A stretch of 64,000 nt of DNA from an uncultured Planctomycetaceae bacterium. GTDB lineage: Bacteria > Planctomycetota > Planctomycetia > Planctomycetales > Planctomycetaceae. A program made the translations under genes and the position numbers. This document shows positions 23,903 through 35,492 of the stretch, in pieces. How positions within the stretch are numbered: the stretch's first letter is position 1; each line of letters begins with the position of its first letter. The stretch spans positions 32,001 through 96,000 of the forward strand of contig CAWFAK010000006.1 of assembly GCA_963813715.1 (NCBI GenBank), given 5' to 3'. The notes beneath the pieces are model-generated. The model was not told the DNA's origin. It saw only the letters and a program-made list of their open reading frames with translations, and did no database searches.

Positions 23903-24373
23903 GATGGCTCCTTTGACACGTTGCGCCGTTGAATGCGTTGAATCGCGAAACTGGCTGCATCGTACGCCGGCAGGCTCCGCGAGGGTAGAAGCGTGGGCGC
24001 CTGTGCAGCGCGCGTTACGGCTGGTTGTCGATAGCGTACGGGAAGTCAACGCGCGCTCGGGACGCGACGTCGGTCGCACAACGCGTCGAGAGTTTCAGAA
24101 ACTCGTCGAATCTGGCACCGCGCCGGTTGAGGAATCCGTCGCGACGGTTCGCGCCCGAAGCGTTCATCGAGCAGCCAACCCGTTTGACCTTTATAAATTA
24201 AACGAATTGCACGCGCCGTCCGATGCTAAGACGGTGGCTCGCAGGATAACCCGCAATCTTAGGCCAGATTGACATCAGATTGCCCAAACAGGGGGGAATG
24301 CGGCATCGAATCGATTGGGGTTACTAACACATGTACTGCTCCGAGTTAAGCAACGGCAGGGCATGGAACGCAA

Positions 24374-26132
24374 ATGAATCGCTCGCGACCACAGCCTACT
24401 GCCGACATTCGGAGGCAGCTCCGCGCCGTTGCGGCCGTTGCCGTCCCGGGCCTCTTGATCGTCGGCTTTGTCACGATCGGTGCCTCTGCACAATCGCCGA
24501 CACCCGGTATTAACATTGGCGACAAGCCTTCCTCGGTCGTTGCGAGTTTCGCCCCATTCGCAGGGCCCAGTTCTAACGGAACACCGCTCGCAGCGCAAGA
24601 ACCGTCCACGAACGTTCAGACACAGATGCCTACTGCCTGCCCGAATTGCCGCGGCGTCCTTGAGGGTCCAGTTCTCTCGATCGACGAGCGGGCGGCGCCG
24701 CTTGCCCGGCGCCGAGCCAGACGCAACGGACAGACCACTACCGATCAACCTGGCGACGACCCTGCGCCTGGCCGGGGCCCGGCCGGTAATCATCGAGGCG
24801 GCTCAGGCGAGTGTGGGAGTTGCGGAGGCCGCGCTGTCCAAGGCCAATGTCTTGTGGTTACCCTCGCTCAACTTTGGGGCAGGTTACTACCGGCATGACG
24901 GCGCGACCCAGGGCCAGTCCGGAACCTTCTACGACAACTCCAAAGACCAATTTTTCGCCGGCGCAGGCCTGACCGCCAGGGTGTCGATGGCAGACGCCCT
25001 GTACACGCCTCTCGCAGCACGGCAGTTGCTCCGGTCGCGAGAGATCGACACTCAAACCGCGCAGAACGATTCCTTGCTGGCGGCGGCCCTGGCGTATTTC
25101 GATGTTCAGCAGGCACGGGGCCGCGTGGCCGGGATCCGTGACGTGGTGAACAAAAGCCTGGCGCTGGGAAAGGCCATCGATGCGGAGGCCTTGGGAATCT
25201 CCAAGCCAACGGACTTGCACCGGGGGAGGGCTCTACTCGCCACATTCGAGGATGATGCCAGCACTGCCAAGGAGCAATGGGGGCTCGCCAGCGCCGCTCT
25301 GACTCGAGTGCTGCGGTTGGATCCGGTTGCCATCGTCGTCCCGCTCGAATCGCCCAACCTCCGCGTGACTCTGATCTCGCCGCACATCGCGGTGGATGCC
25401 CTGATCCCCATCGGATTGACCGGCCGGCCTGAACTTGCCTCGCAGCAGGCACTCGTGCAAGCGGCGCTCGTCAAGATCAGGCAGGAGAGCATGCGGCCGC
25501 TGGTCCCCAGCGTGATTCTGGAGGGAAGCCCCGGTCCCGCTGGACCAGGAAGCTACCTGATGGGCGGCATCTTTAGTTCCACCCTCAACGGCGTGCCGAA
25601 TCCTTCGGTGGATCGCGCGGATGTCAGCGTCGGGCTCGTGTGGGAGCTGCAAAACCTTGGGTTCGGCAATCGTGCCCTGGTTCGTGAACGACGCTCAGAG
25701 CAGGAGCAGCTCCTGGTCGAATTGTCCCACATCCAGGACACGGTCGCCGCTGAGATCGCCGCGGCCCATGTCCAGGTTCTCTCGGCGAATGCTCGCGTAG
25801 CCTCGGCTGAGAGAGGCCTCCGTGAAGCCACACTGGCCTACGAGGGCAGTCTCGAGGAAATGGGCAAAATCGAAAAAAATGGCGACGTCACAGTGATCGT
25901 CCGCCGGGCTTTTGACGTGATTGATGCGCTCAGGTCGTTGTCCAGGGCGTACGACAATTACTTTGCAAGCATCAACGACTACAACCGGGGGCAATTCAGG
26001 CTGTATCGCTCCCTGGGTTGTCCTGCTGAGATCCTGTCTTGCGAACGCTCGCCGGGACCAATCGTACCTGTGGATACGACCCGTCCGTCCCAGATGGCTC
26101 CCGTCTGCGCCCCGGACCCTTGTCCGCACTAG
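24374..26132 (+). CDS. TolC-family outer membrane efflux protein (frameshift in N-terminal low-complexity region)
   Basis: Signal peptide in one frame; PINLATTLRLA, AYFDVQQARG, GRPELA and DYNRGQFRLYRSLG in the next. Confidence 0.8.
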
Positions 26133-26723
26133 TGCAACGAAATTCCCAATCCCACAGCGATTCGACCGTCCCTCGCGCCTCAACTTAGTGGCTCGGTCGA
26201 CCCCCAACTGGGTGCGCGCTTCACGTGACCGACATCGAGCCCAATCGCGATTCGAACGGCTCAAATGAGGCAAACAGCCCCGGTTAGCCCGCTGGGGACG
26301 ACTGCTAGGCGAACCTGTTAAGCGGCGCGGAGTGGAGCGGTTTGGCGCAGTCATTTGCGCGAATGTCTCGCGTTGGGTCGCGGGAATCTTGAATCGGCGC
26401 CGCGCGAGGAGTAAGCTCGAACCCGCATTTCTGTTTTTTAAGCTAAAGCTCCCAATCAGAGCGCGGGCTGGTCCGGTGAACGACTCCCGGACGTCGACCT
26501 CGGACGGATGATTTATCCCTCGATCCGCGTGACTTCTCTCCGCGGGGACTAACTCTCACGGCCTTGTTTCGGCGCGGACTCGCGTCGCGACCGGCTGATT
26601 GCTCGAGTCACACGACCGACAATCGCGCTTAACACGCTCGGGCTCCCGGCACGCAGCGCTGACCGCAGTGACCACGTGCGCGCGGGTCGATCTCGCATTC
26701 TTATTCTCCACAAGGAATCCGCC

Positions 26724-27665
26724 ATGCGAACCCGTCTCCCACTTCTCAGCCTTGCCGGGCTGTTCGGACTGTGCCTGGCCGGCTCGGCCTTCGCTCAAAA
26801 CGCCAAGACTCCAGCCGACGACGAAGCCACGATCCGCAAGGGCGTCGAGGATTACGCCGCCGCCTACAACAAGGGGAACTTTGACGCCGCAGGCAAGCAT
26901 TGGTCCGCCGACGCCGAGTACATCAACGACGAAGGCAAAGCGACCAAGGGGCGCGACGCCATCGTCGGCCTGTTCAAGAAAGGTCGCGTGGCGACGAAGG
27001 GTTACACCCTCAAGGTCGACGTGCAGTCGGTCCGGATGCTCAAGCCCGACGTGGCGCTCGAGGACGGCACCGTCACGCTGACGGCCCCGGACGGCACCGC
27101 CGACAAAACGCGTTTTTCGGCCGTGCTGGTGAAAGCCGACGGCACGTGGCAAATGAACCGCGTGCAAGACGTCGGCTCCGTCGCCGAGTCGGAAGAAACG
27201 ACGCCCTACGCTCGGCTCAAACAGCTCGAGTGGCTGGTCGGAAAATGGGCGGACGAAGACAAGCAGGGCAGCATCCACATGACCTGCCGCTGGGGCATGG
27301 GCAAGACCTATTTGATTCAGGAATACACGATCAAGCGGCCCAATCAGGATCCGGTCGAGATCGAGCAACGCGTCGCCTGGGATCCGATCAACGGCCACTT
27401 GCGAAGTTGGATCTTCGATTCGAAGGGGGGCTTCAGCGAGGGGACCTGGCAGCGCACGGGCAATCAATGGGACGTCGCCGTTTCGGGCGTGCTGCCTGAC
27501 GCCCGCATGGCGACCGCGCGGCAGATCTGGACGTTCGTCGACGACGACCATTTCAAATGGCAGGCCGTCGATCGCTCCATCGACAGCAAGCCGCTCGCCG
27601 ATTCCCTTACCACGTTTCGTCGGGCCGCTCCGGAAACGGCGGCGAACGAGACCGGCAGTCATTGA
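26724..27665 (+). CDS. secreted SnoaL/NTF2-fold (SgcJ/EcaC, DUF4440-like) two-domain protein
   Basis: Signal peptide; YAAAYNKG, GRDAI, VALEDG, LKQLEWLVGKW, WDP...SWIFDSKGG. Confidence 0.85.
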   Translation: MRTRLPLLSLAGLFGLCLAGSAFAQNAKTPADDEATIRKGVEDYAAAYNKGNFDAAGKHWSADAEYINDEGKATKGRDAIVGLFKKGRVATKGYTLKVDVQSVRMLKPDVALEDGTVTLTAPDGTADKTRFSAVLVKADGTWQMNRVQDVGSVAESEETTPYARLKQLEWLVGKWADEDKQGSIHMTCRWGMGKTYLIQEYTIKRPNQDPVEIEQRVAWDPINGHLRSWIFDSKGGFSEGTWQRTGNQWDVAVSGVLPDARMATARQIWTFVDDDHFKWQAVDRSIDSKPLADSLTTFRRAAPETAANETGSH

Positions 27666-27688
27666 GCGCACAACCCAGGAGCAGTCCC

Positions 27689-29612
27689 ATGAAAGCTCAA
27701 CTGTTTGTCATCACGTTGTGCGTTGTGCTGTTGGCGCCGCAAGCCGGGTTTTCCATCGGCGAACGGGGTGGACGCGGCGGCTTCGCCGGGGGCAGCCGCG
27801 GCCGAGCCGGCGGCGGAGGTGGGGGCGGGGGCGGGGGCGGGGGCGGCGAACGCCGTGAATTTGGCGGCGGCGAAGCCATGCATCGCACTCCGTCAATGAG
27901 CGGCGGTTCCGGACCGATGAATCGCCCGGCAAACCGCGGCGGCGGAATGGTGCCCCACGGCGGCAACGGCGGGGGCTTCGCCAATCGCGAACGGCAGCCC
28001 GAGGGGAACCACTTTGCCGGTCGTCCCGATTTCGATCGTGGTGGATCCAACGGCGGATTCAATCGCGGCGGCGAAGGAGCGCGGCCCGGCAATCAACGCC
28101 CCGGCTTTGAGAATCGACCAGGCTCCAACAATCGCCCGGGTGGCGAGAATCGACCAGGTTTCGGCACTCGTCCCGGCGCGGGAGGCGGCGGCGAACAATG
28201 GGCGGGCATCGGCAATCGTCCGAATCAGCCCAGCCGACCCGGAGAAGGCGGCGCCGGTGAACGCTGGCCGGGAGCGGGCAATCGACCGGAACGACCCGGT
28301 CAGGGTGGCAGCGGGGAACGGTGGCCCGGCGCGGGCAATCGTCCCGACGAGCCGAGCCGTCCCGGACAGGGAGGCAGCGGCGAACGCTGGCCGAATGCCA
28401 ACAATCGGCCCAACTGGCCGGGTGGAAATGATCGGCCCAATTGGCCGAATGGTGGCAACAACCGACCCAACTGGCCGAACGGCGGCGGCAACGACCGACC
28501 TGACTGGGCGGGTGGCGGCAATCGACCGAACTGGCCGAACCGTCCGGGCCAATTGCCACGGCCGGAGAACGGACCGAACATCGGCGATCGCACGAATATT
28601 GGCAATCGCACCAATATCAACACGGGCAACCAGGGCGACATCAACGTCCACAACAACAGCAATTAACAACACCAACAACTTCGCGAACAACCGCAACTGG
28701 AACGGCGGCGGCAACTGGAACAACTGGCACGGACCGTACGACCATTGGCACGGGCAATACGGCAATTGGAACGGCGGCTCGTGGAACAACTTCTATCACG
28801 CGCCGGCGGCGTGGTACGGCACGGGCGTGGCGACCGGCTGGCTCGCGTCGCCCGGAGACACCTACGTCTACAGCAACCCCTTCTACGTGGCGCCGCAGCC
28901 GCTCGCAGTGGGCGCCGCGCCGGTCGACGTCAATTACAACTACATCGACTACTCGCAGCCGATTCCCGTGCCGCCGCAGGACGAGGCGGTGACCTACTCC
29001 GACAACGGTTCGGGTTACGCCTACGGACCCCAAACGCAGTCGGACGGCTATCCACCGAGTGACGCAGGTACGCCCGCGGCGCCGCCGGATGCTCCGGCCG
29101 CCGCGGACAACGGCCCGTCTTCGCCGGCCGCACAGGTCTTCGAGGCGGCGCGCAACGCGTTCAAGTCGAACGATTACGACCAGGCGCTGCGGCAGATCGA
29201 TCAGGCGATCAAGCTGCAATCGAGCGACCCGACGTTGCACGAGTTCCGCACACTCGTGCTATTTGCCCAGGGAAAATACCGCGACGCGGCCGCCGGCGCT
29301 TACGCCGTTCTTTCGGCCGGGCCCGGTTGGACCTGGGAGACGGTGCGCGAACTGTACGCCGATCCCGAGACCTACACGCGTCAGCTGCGGCAATTGGAGC
29401 AGTACGTCCGCGCACACGAGAGTGCCAGCGACGGACTGTTTCTCTTGGCGTACGAGTATCTGGTGTTGAACCACGTCCCCAGCGCGATCAAAGAGCTGCA
29501 GAAGTTCGAGAAGCTCGTGCCGCAGGACAAACTCGCGCCGCAATTGATTGCGGCCTTTACTCCCCCGGCTGGAGCGCAGGCGGCAAACGAGCCTCCGCCG
29601 GGGTCGAAATAG
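27689..29612 (+). CDS. secreted Gly/Arg/Asn/Pro low-complexity repeat protein with C-terminal TPRs (frameshift near 28660)
   Basis: Signal peptide, RGG and NRPNWP repeats, an N/W/H-rich segment, YSNPFY, then TPR-like helices (ARNAFKSNDYDQAL...LVLFAQGKY). Confidence 0.8.
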
Positions 29613-29659
29613 CGTGTTGATTCCGATTCGAACACAACTTGGGCCCTGAGGAGCCTGTC

Positions 29660-30034
29660 ATGGGTTTATTCACGACTCTTGCCGAAATGGTGGTCTCCGG
29701 TTTCGGCAATCCAGACTCGACGCAAGCCAAGCTGGCGAGCGCCGTCGTCAAACGATTTCAGACCAACGACGGAGGCGGCCTGGCCGAGGTGTTGCAGCAA
29801 TTGGAGCAAAAGGGACTGGGCCAGGTGGCTCAGTCGTGGGTCGGCTCGGGGGCCAACCAGTCGATCACGCCCGAGCAGCTCAAGCAGGTGATGGGCTCGG
29901 AATGGATTCAGAAGCTGGCCGCTCAAGTCGGCGTCTCGCCCGACGAGATCAGCGAGCACCTGTCGGAAATTCTGCCCAAGATCGTCGATCGCCTGACGCC
30001 GAACGGCCAGGTGCCGGCGGCCGCCCAATCCTGA
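29660..30034 (+). CDS. YidB-family (DUF937) protein
   Basis: GGL...GLGQVAQSWVGSGANQSI...LPKIVDRLTPNG. Confidence 0.9.
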   Translation: MGLFTTLAEMVVSGFGNPDSTQAKLASAVVKRFQTNDGGGLAEVLQQLEQKGLGQVAQSWVGSGANQSITPEQLKQVMGSEWIQKLAAQVGVSPDEISEHLSEILPKIVDRLTPNGQVPAAAQS

Positions 30035-30144
30035 AACCCGTGCCGCGTCGCTCCCCGGGACGACGCGGTTTCCTCTTACCGGAGTTTCTTCAACTCGTTC
30101 AGCTTCCTTCACCCCGTGCAGTTTCTTCTGGAGAACGATCACTC

Positions 30145-30950
30145 ATGTCACGCCTGCCCCTCTCTTTCACACTTTGCAGTCTGATTGTCGGGACTGCGCT
30201 GCTCGCAGCTCCCAATGTCCAAGCCAAGGATTCCGAGATCAAGGACGGGATCCCGGGAATCGTCGTCAAGGTCGACGCCGCTCAAGGCACCGTCACCATC
30301 GCGGAGAAGGAAGGCCGCGAGCGGACCTACACCGTCAACCAGGAAACGCAGATCATCGGACCGCGCGGCGGCATCGTCCATTCGCGGCTGCATGATCACC
30401 GCTTCCACGCGGGTCTGCCGATCACCGTCGTCGCCAACGGCACGACGGCGGCCGAGCTGCACTTGGGTTACGACCGCAAAGCCCGCGCGGGCCGCTCGAC
30501 GTCTTCGCGCGCAGCACAACGACCGCCCCAGCTGAAACACCGGCGACGACCGATTCGGGCGCGGCGACGCCGCCGGCCAATCCGGCCCCGACTCCGGCCC
30601 CCTCCACCACCCGCACGACCCGCTTCCGCGGAGTCGAGGCCCGTCGCGCAGCGGCTAAAGACGCCAAGGAGGAAGAGGAAGACGAAGACAACGAATTCCC
30701 GGGCAAGGTGAAGAGTGTCGATCCGACCCGCCACATGCTGGTCATTACGCTGGTCAACGGTAAGGACCGCTCGTTCCTCGTCTCGTCGGAAGCCAAGGTG
30801 CTGGTGAACAGCCGCGCGAGCCGGCACGGCCTTGGCGATCCGGCGCTGCAGCCGGGCGCCTCGCTCACCGTCGTTACCGAAGAAGGTGGACGGAAGGTCA
30901 AAGAAGTGAAGCTGACGCCGGCCGCCCGTCGCCTGCGGAAAGCCAGCTGA
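30145..30950 (+). CDS. secreted protein with two small beta-barrel (OB-like) domains (frameshift in linker)
   Basis: Signal peptide; domains GIVVKVD...TVV and GKVKSVD...TVV separated by a low-complexity/acidic linker. Confidence 0.65.
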
Positions 30951-31082
30951 ACCGCGGCTCCCGCCGCCAGCCGAAATCGACCGGGGCCGCGCGATCGTCG
31001 CGCGGTCCCGGGCCGTCGATCTTTGGAACCATTTACACAGTCGACCCGACCGAGATTCCTGCAACTTTGAGAGGCCCGCACG

Positions 31083-31388
31083 ATGTTACGCCGATACGCC
31101 ACGACGCTCTTCGCATTTCTGATCATCGCCGGCACGGTGCTGGCCGCGGACAAGACGTTCAACGCCACCTTGATCAAGGTGGACGTCAAAAAGAAGCTGC
31201 TGATCGTCAAGGTGGAGGATGAAAAGAAGGAATACGTCATCGACTCGAAGACGAAGTTCCTCGGGCCCAAGGGTGGCCTCAGCGACGACGGCATCAAGGA
31301 CGACCGCCTCAAGCCGGGTGCCGCGCTCGAACTCGTGATCGCGGGCAACAACCGGACGGTCCGCGAGGTTCATTTGCCGAAGCGATAA
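31083..31388 (+). CDS. small secreted OB-like protein, paralog of the preceding domains
   Basis: Signal peptide; LIKVD...GPKGG...DDRLKPG. Confidence 0.75.
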   Translation: MLRRYATTLFAFLIIAGTVLAADKTFNATLIKVDVKKKLLIVKVEDEKKEYVIDSKTKFLGPKGGLSDDGIKDDRLKPGAALELVIAGNNRTVREVHLPKR

Positions 31389-31424
31389 GTCGGCTGGGTC
31401 ACGCGCTGGGCGGAAGACGCGGGT

Positions 31425-31815
31425 TTAGTTCGCGATCGACGGCGACACGAACGCCCGCCCCGCCAGCGCGGCCCGCAAGGCCGGCGCGAGATCCGAGGCC
31501 AGACGCGACTTCACCACGTAGCCCAGCCCGCCGGCCGCCTGCGCCTCGCGCACATAGTCCTCGTCGGCGTGCACGGTGAGAAAGACGATTTTGGCCCGCG
31601 CCGGACGCCGTCAGTTGCCGCGCCGCCTCGATGCCGTTGACCACGGGCATCGTGATGTCGAGCACGAGCAGGTCCGGATCGTGACGCGGAACGTTCTCGA
31701 CCAGCGACTGTCCGTCGCCCACTGTGTCGACAACATCGAACTCCGGCTCAAGCAGTCGCGCCGTCGCGGCCAGAAAGTCCCGGTGATCGTCGGCCAGCAG
31801 CACGCGAGCGCGCAC
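31425..31815 (-). CDS. single-domain response regulator (receiver only; frameshift near 31600)
   Basis: VLLADDH, VLDITMP, KIVFLTVH, GYVVK; GGAG RBS before a GTG start. Confidence 0.85.
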
Positions 31816-31870
31816 CTGCCATCTCCATCGGAATTAGGAACGGGACCGGAACAATGCGTTGCTTCACAGA

Positions 31871-31918
31871 ACGCTAACACTGCGTCGCGCGAGTCGCTAC
31901 TGACAAAACTGACAGGAC
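31871..31918 (-). promoter_or_regulatory. promoter (TAGCGA-17-TAGCGT, with extended TG) plus adjacent CTG-N10-CAG operator box
   Basis: GTCCTGTCAGTTTTGTCAGTAG is 17/22 identical to 35283-35304. Confidence 0.55.
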
Positions 31919-31957
31919 GGCCGGTTAAATGTCGGCAATGTGTCATTGGTCGGTTGG

Positions 31958-32596
31958 TCAGACCGAGACCAGTCCTTGCTTCATCGCAAACTGCACCAGC
32001 TGCGCGCTCGTCTTGATCCCCAGCGTCCGCATCATGGTGTATTTGTGGAAAGCGACTGTCCGCGCCGTGATGTGCAAGAGGCCGGCGATTTCTTTCATCG
32101 TGTGCCCCTCGGCTAACAACTGCAGCACTTCTCGCTGCCGGGCACTCAGTTCGCATTGGCTCTTGGCCGGCTCGCTCTTCTGCAAGAAGCTGTCGACGAG
32201 TGACTGCGTCGCCAACGGCGTGACGTAAGAACGCCCCGCCGAGACTTCGCGGATCGCCTGCATCAACTCGGAGGCGGCCGAATTTTTGAGCAAATAGCCC
32301 GACGCTCCGACGCGAAAGGCCTCGGCAGCGAGGTCCCGATCTTCGCTCACCGTCAGGAAGATGATTTTGACGTCGGGCATCGTCTGCTTGAGCTGGCGAG
32401 CCGCGTCCATCCCGTTGAGCAGGGGCATGGCAATATCGAGCACCACAATGTCGGGCCGCAGTTCGCGGGAGAGTTCCAGCACGGCACGGCCGTCGGCCAC
32501 CGCCCCCACCACGTCGCACTCGGACTGCAAGAGCGCGGCAAAGGCCTCGCGCAACAGCCGGTGATCGTCGGCCAACAGCACTCGGGGACGGGTCAT
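31958..32596 (-). CDS. NarL/FixJ (LuxR-HTH) response regulator
   Basis: REC domain followed by LSARQREVLQLLAEGHTMKEIA...TVAFHK. Confidence 0.95.
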   Translation of the reverse strand: MTRPRVLLADDHRLLREAFAALLQSECDVVGAVADGRAVLELSRELRPDIVVLDIAMPLLNGMDAARQLKQTMPDVKIIFLTVSEDRDLAAEAFRVGASGYLLKNSAASELMQAIREVSAGRSYVTPLATQSLVDSFLQKSEPAKSQCELSARQREVLQLLAEGHTMKEIAGLLHITARTVAFHKYTMMRTLGIKTSAQLVQFAMKQGLVSV

Positions 32597-32665
32597 CGAT
32601 CGGTTTCCAGACGCCGGATTCATCTTGTTGATGATACCGGAGGTGTGACGGCGTGTAACGCGTTT

Positions 32666-34914
32666 TCAGGGGTGACCGTTCCGTGGGAAACGTCCGGCCG
32701 CTTCCCCTCGTCCGACTTTGGCCTGAAGGCCACCGCTGTACAAAGGAATCCGGGCGTCGATCCGCGTTCCGCCGGCGGGGCGCGAGTCGATCGACAGCGA
32801 GCCGCCGACGAGCTGCAGCCGCTCCCGCATGCTGACCAGCCCAAGTCCGCCGGCGCCGGCCACCGATCGCGGATCGAAACCGGTCCCGTCATCGGCGATT
32901 CGGAGGCAAATCTCCTCGATGCTCGCATTCAGTTCCACGCGGGCCTGCCGGGCGCCGCTGTGCTTGATCACGTTGCGGGCCGACTCCTGCACGATGCGAT
33001 ACAGGCACGAGGCCGCGTCGTCCGATAGTGCCGGAGGGGCCTCGTTGTGCGTGAAATCGATCGACACGCCATGGCTGCGGCTCAGTTCCCCGCACAGGGA
33101 GCGGATGGCGGCCACCAACCCCAACTGCTCGAGTTTCAGCGGATGCAGCTGGTGTGACAGGTTGTGCACCGACGACGAGAGCTGCTTCACCTGCGTCGAC
33201 AGCTCGTCGATCGACGCCCCAAACGGGCCGGCGCCGTCGGGGGCTGCTGTCGCAGCATCTCGATCTTGACGGCCAACAGTGCCAGGCTCTGGCTCAGATC
33301 GTCGTGCAGCTCGCGGGCGATGCGGCGGCGTTCGGTTTCCTGGGCCTTGATCAGCCGTCCGCTCAACAGCCGCAACTCGCGCTGGCTATCGCGGATGGCC
33401 TCTTCGACTCGTTTCTGATCGGTGATGTCGATGCAGGAGCCGATATAGCCCTCGAACGTTCCCGTCGGAGCCGCGGCGGGCGACGCCGATATCGACGATC
33501 CAGCGATACTCGCCGTCATGCCGCCGCAGACGGTACGCCATCCGGAACGGTTCCCGTGCATCGAAGGCCTGCTCGTAGGTCTGGAGGCAACGCGACAGAT
33601 CGTCGGCGTGCACACCCTCGGCCCAGCCATCCCCGAGTTCCTGCTCCAGCGAACGGCCGGTGAAATCAAGCCAGGGCTTGTTGAAGTAGGTGCACTTCTT
33701 GTCCGGGCCGGACATCCAAATCTGCACGGGGGCCGTGTCGGCCATCAGCCGGAAACGCTGCTCGCTTTCGCGAAGCGCGAGATTCGCCCGCCGCCGGCGA
33801 ATCATTTGCACGAGCAGTGAAGCGATCAGCAGCGCCTCGACGGAGCAGAGCGAAACAATTCCGACGATGGGCCACTTGTACAGCTCCCACACGCCGGCTT
33901 CCCGATAACGAATGACGCTGCCGGCGGGCAGGCTCGCCTCGCGAATCCCCCAGCGGTTCAACTGTCGCCAATCGAACATGGGGACGGTCGACGTGACTGG
34001 CTGGACGCCGATCTTTTGCGCCGATTCGCCGGCCAGAATCCGCAGACCCAAACCGGCCGCCTCCCGCGCTTCGCTGTCCAGCCCGACGAGTTTGCCTCCG
34101 ACGATTCCACGACCGAGAAACGACTCACTCACGCTGTAGAGTGGCGCGCTCGACACCGGTGCCAACCGCTCGATCACATCCGCGGGCACAAGCTCCTTCC
34201 CCAAACGATCCTGAAAGGCGAAGAGAAAGTAGACCAGGCTGTGTTGCGGCAAATGGGCGACCCGCTTCGACAGCTCGTCAGTGGTCAGCCCGGTCAGATA
34301 CGTAAACTCGGCTTTATTCTCGTAGGGTGGAAACGCCCGCTTCGCCTGGGCTTCCCAGTACGCATCGAACTTCCCGACTCCCGAGACAACGAAGATGTGC
34401 CGGGTGCGCGGATGAAGCTGGAGCGCCAAGTCCAGGGTGCCCGTCAGGTCCAGGTTCACCGGCGCGCCGATGACATCGGGGGGCAGCTTGATGTCGTGAA
34501 GTTCCCGCTCCTCGACGGCTAAAAAGACAATGGGAACGCCCGGAAAGATCTCGGAGCGATGTTCGATGGCAAACCGCAGCGATGGCGAGAGACAGGTCAT
34601 CACGAGGGCGACCTTCCGCCCCGCATACTTCCGCCGCAGAAACTCGGTCTGCAGTTGCAACAGATCGGCCTTGGCGGTGCTCGACAGCTCCAGGTATTCG
34701 TTGTAGACGTCGATCGAATCGGGAGAGTGGCTGTTAAAGACGGCCGAAATGGCCTGCTCGACCATGCGGTTGCCGACGGCCGCGTTGCTCCCCTGCGGAT
34801 ACAGCACCACCACGAGCCGACGACTTTCGCCGCCCGCGGCAGCCGGAGTCGCGGCGCTCGCGACGAGCAGCAGCGCGCCAGACCGAGCCAAAGTCTCGAA
34901 GACAAGCACATCAT
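32666..34914 (-). CDS. NarX/UhpB-type (HisKA_3) sensor kinase with substrate-binding-like periplasmic domain and PAS (several frameshifts)
   Basis: Periplasmic ABC-SBP-like region, TM, PAS (YFNKPWLDFTG), ERRRIARELHD, DDGTGF, GLGLVSMRER. Confidence 0.9.
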
Positions 34915-35262
34915 GGATGCGTGTTGGGAAGAATCCACATGAACAGGCGTTGATGCGAAAAAGGCAACCTCACGAGGCGCGTTTGGGCATCTTGAATCGC
35001 TCCGCGCGGCCGGTTATGCTGGCCCACGCACGAGCGGCTTGCTCCTTCTTCCGTTCGCCCAGAGCTTCTCTCGCCGCATCGCGCGGGCACGTCCGGCGAA
35101 CGACTCCCGGACGACAACCTCGGATGGAATTCTCCTTCTTCGTCCGCCGGAATCTCTCTGCCATCGAGTAGACGACGGCCGTTTTTGTGCTGCCGCGGGC
35201 GTCCCTCTTCTTTTCGTGCTGAACCGTCGGTGAGCAGCTTCCGACGGGTCACTCTCAGTCTA

Positions 35263-35331
35263 CTGTCGGTTTTCCCTGGGGTGTACTGGTACTTTTCTCA
35301 GTAGTCCTAGGGCGCCGCAAAAAGTACCGAT
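35263..35331 (+). promoter_or_regulatory. tandem CTG-N10-C(A/T)G boxes and promoter for the STAS-FGE-HAD-2H-sulfatase operon
   Basis: CTGTCGGTTTTCCCTG (35263-35278) and CTGGTACTTTTCTCAG (35286-35301), 23 bp apart. Confidence 0.5.
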
Positions 35332-35492
35332 AGGCCGGGTGAATTGTCGCGCCACCGAGCCGACCTTCCCGGGCCCTCGTTGCGTCGGAAACGGAATACG
35401 CGCGGAGCGAGCCCGATCGCGGTTTCCGAGTCGTAGAACACGCTCTCGGTGCGAGTCGCTTTTCGATGCTCGTCTTTCAAGGAGCCGATTCG

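Noticed and set aside
26140..26720. structured ncRNA in the long spacer after the TolC-like gene
   Set aside because: Only short GC hairpins are visible, and nothing matches a family I recognise.
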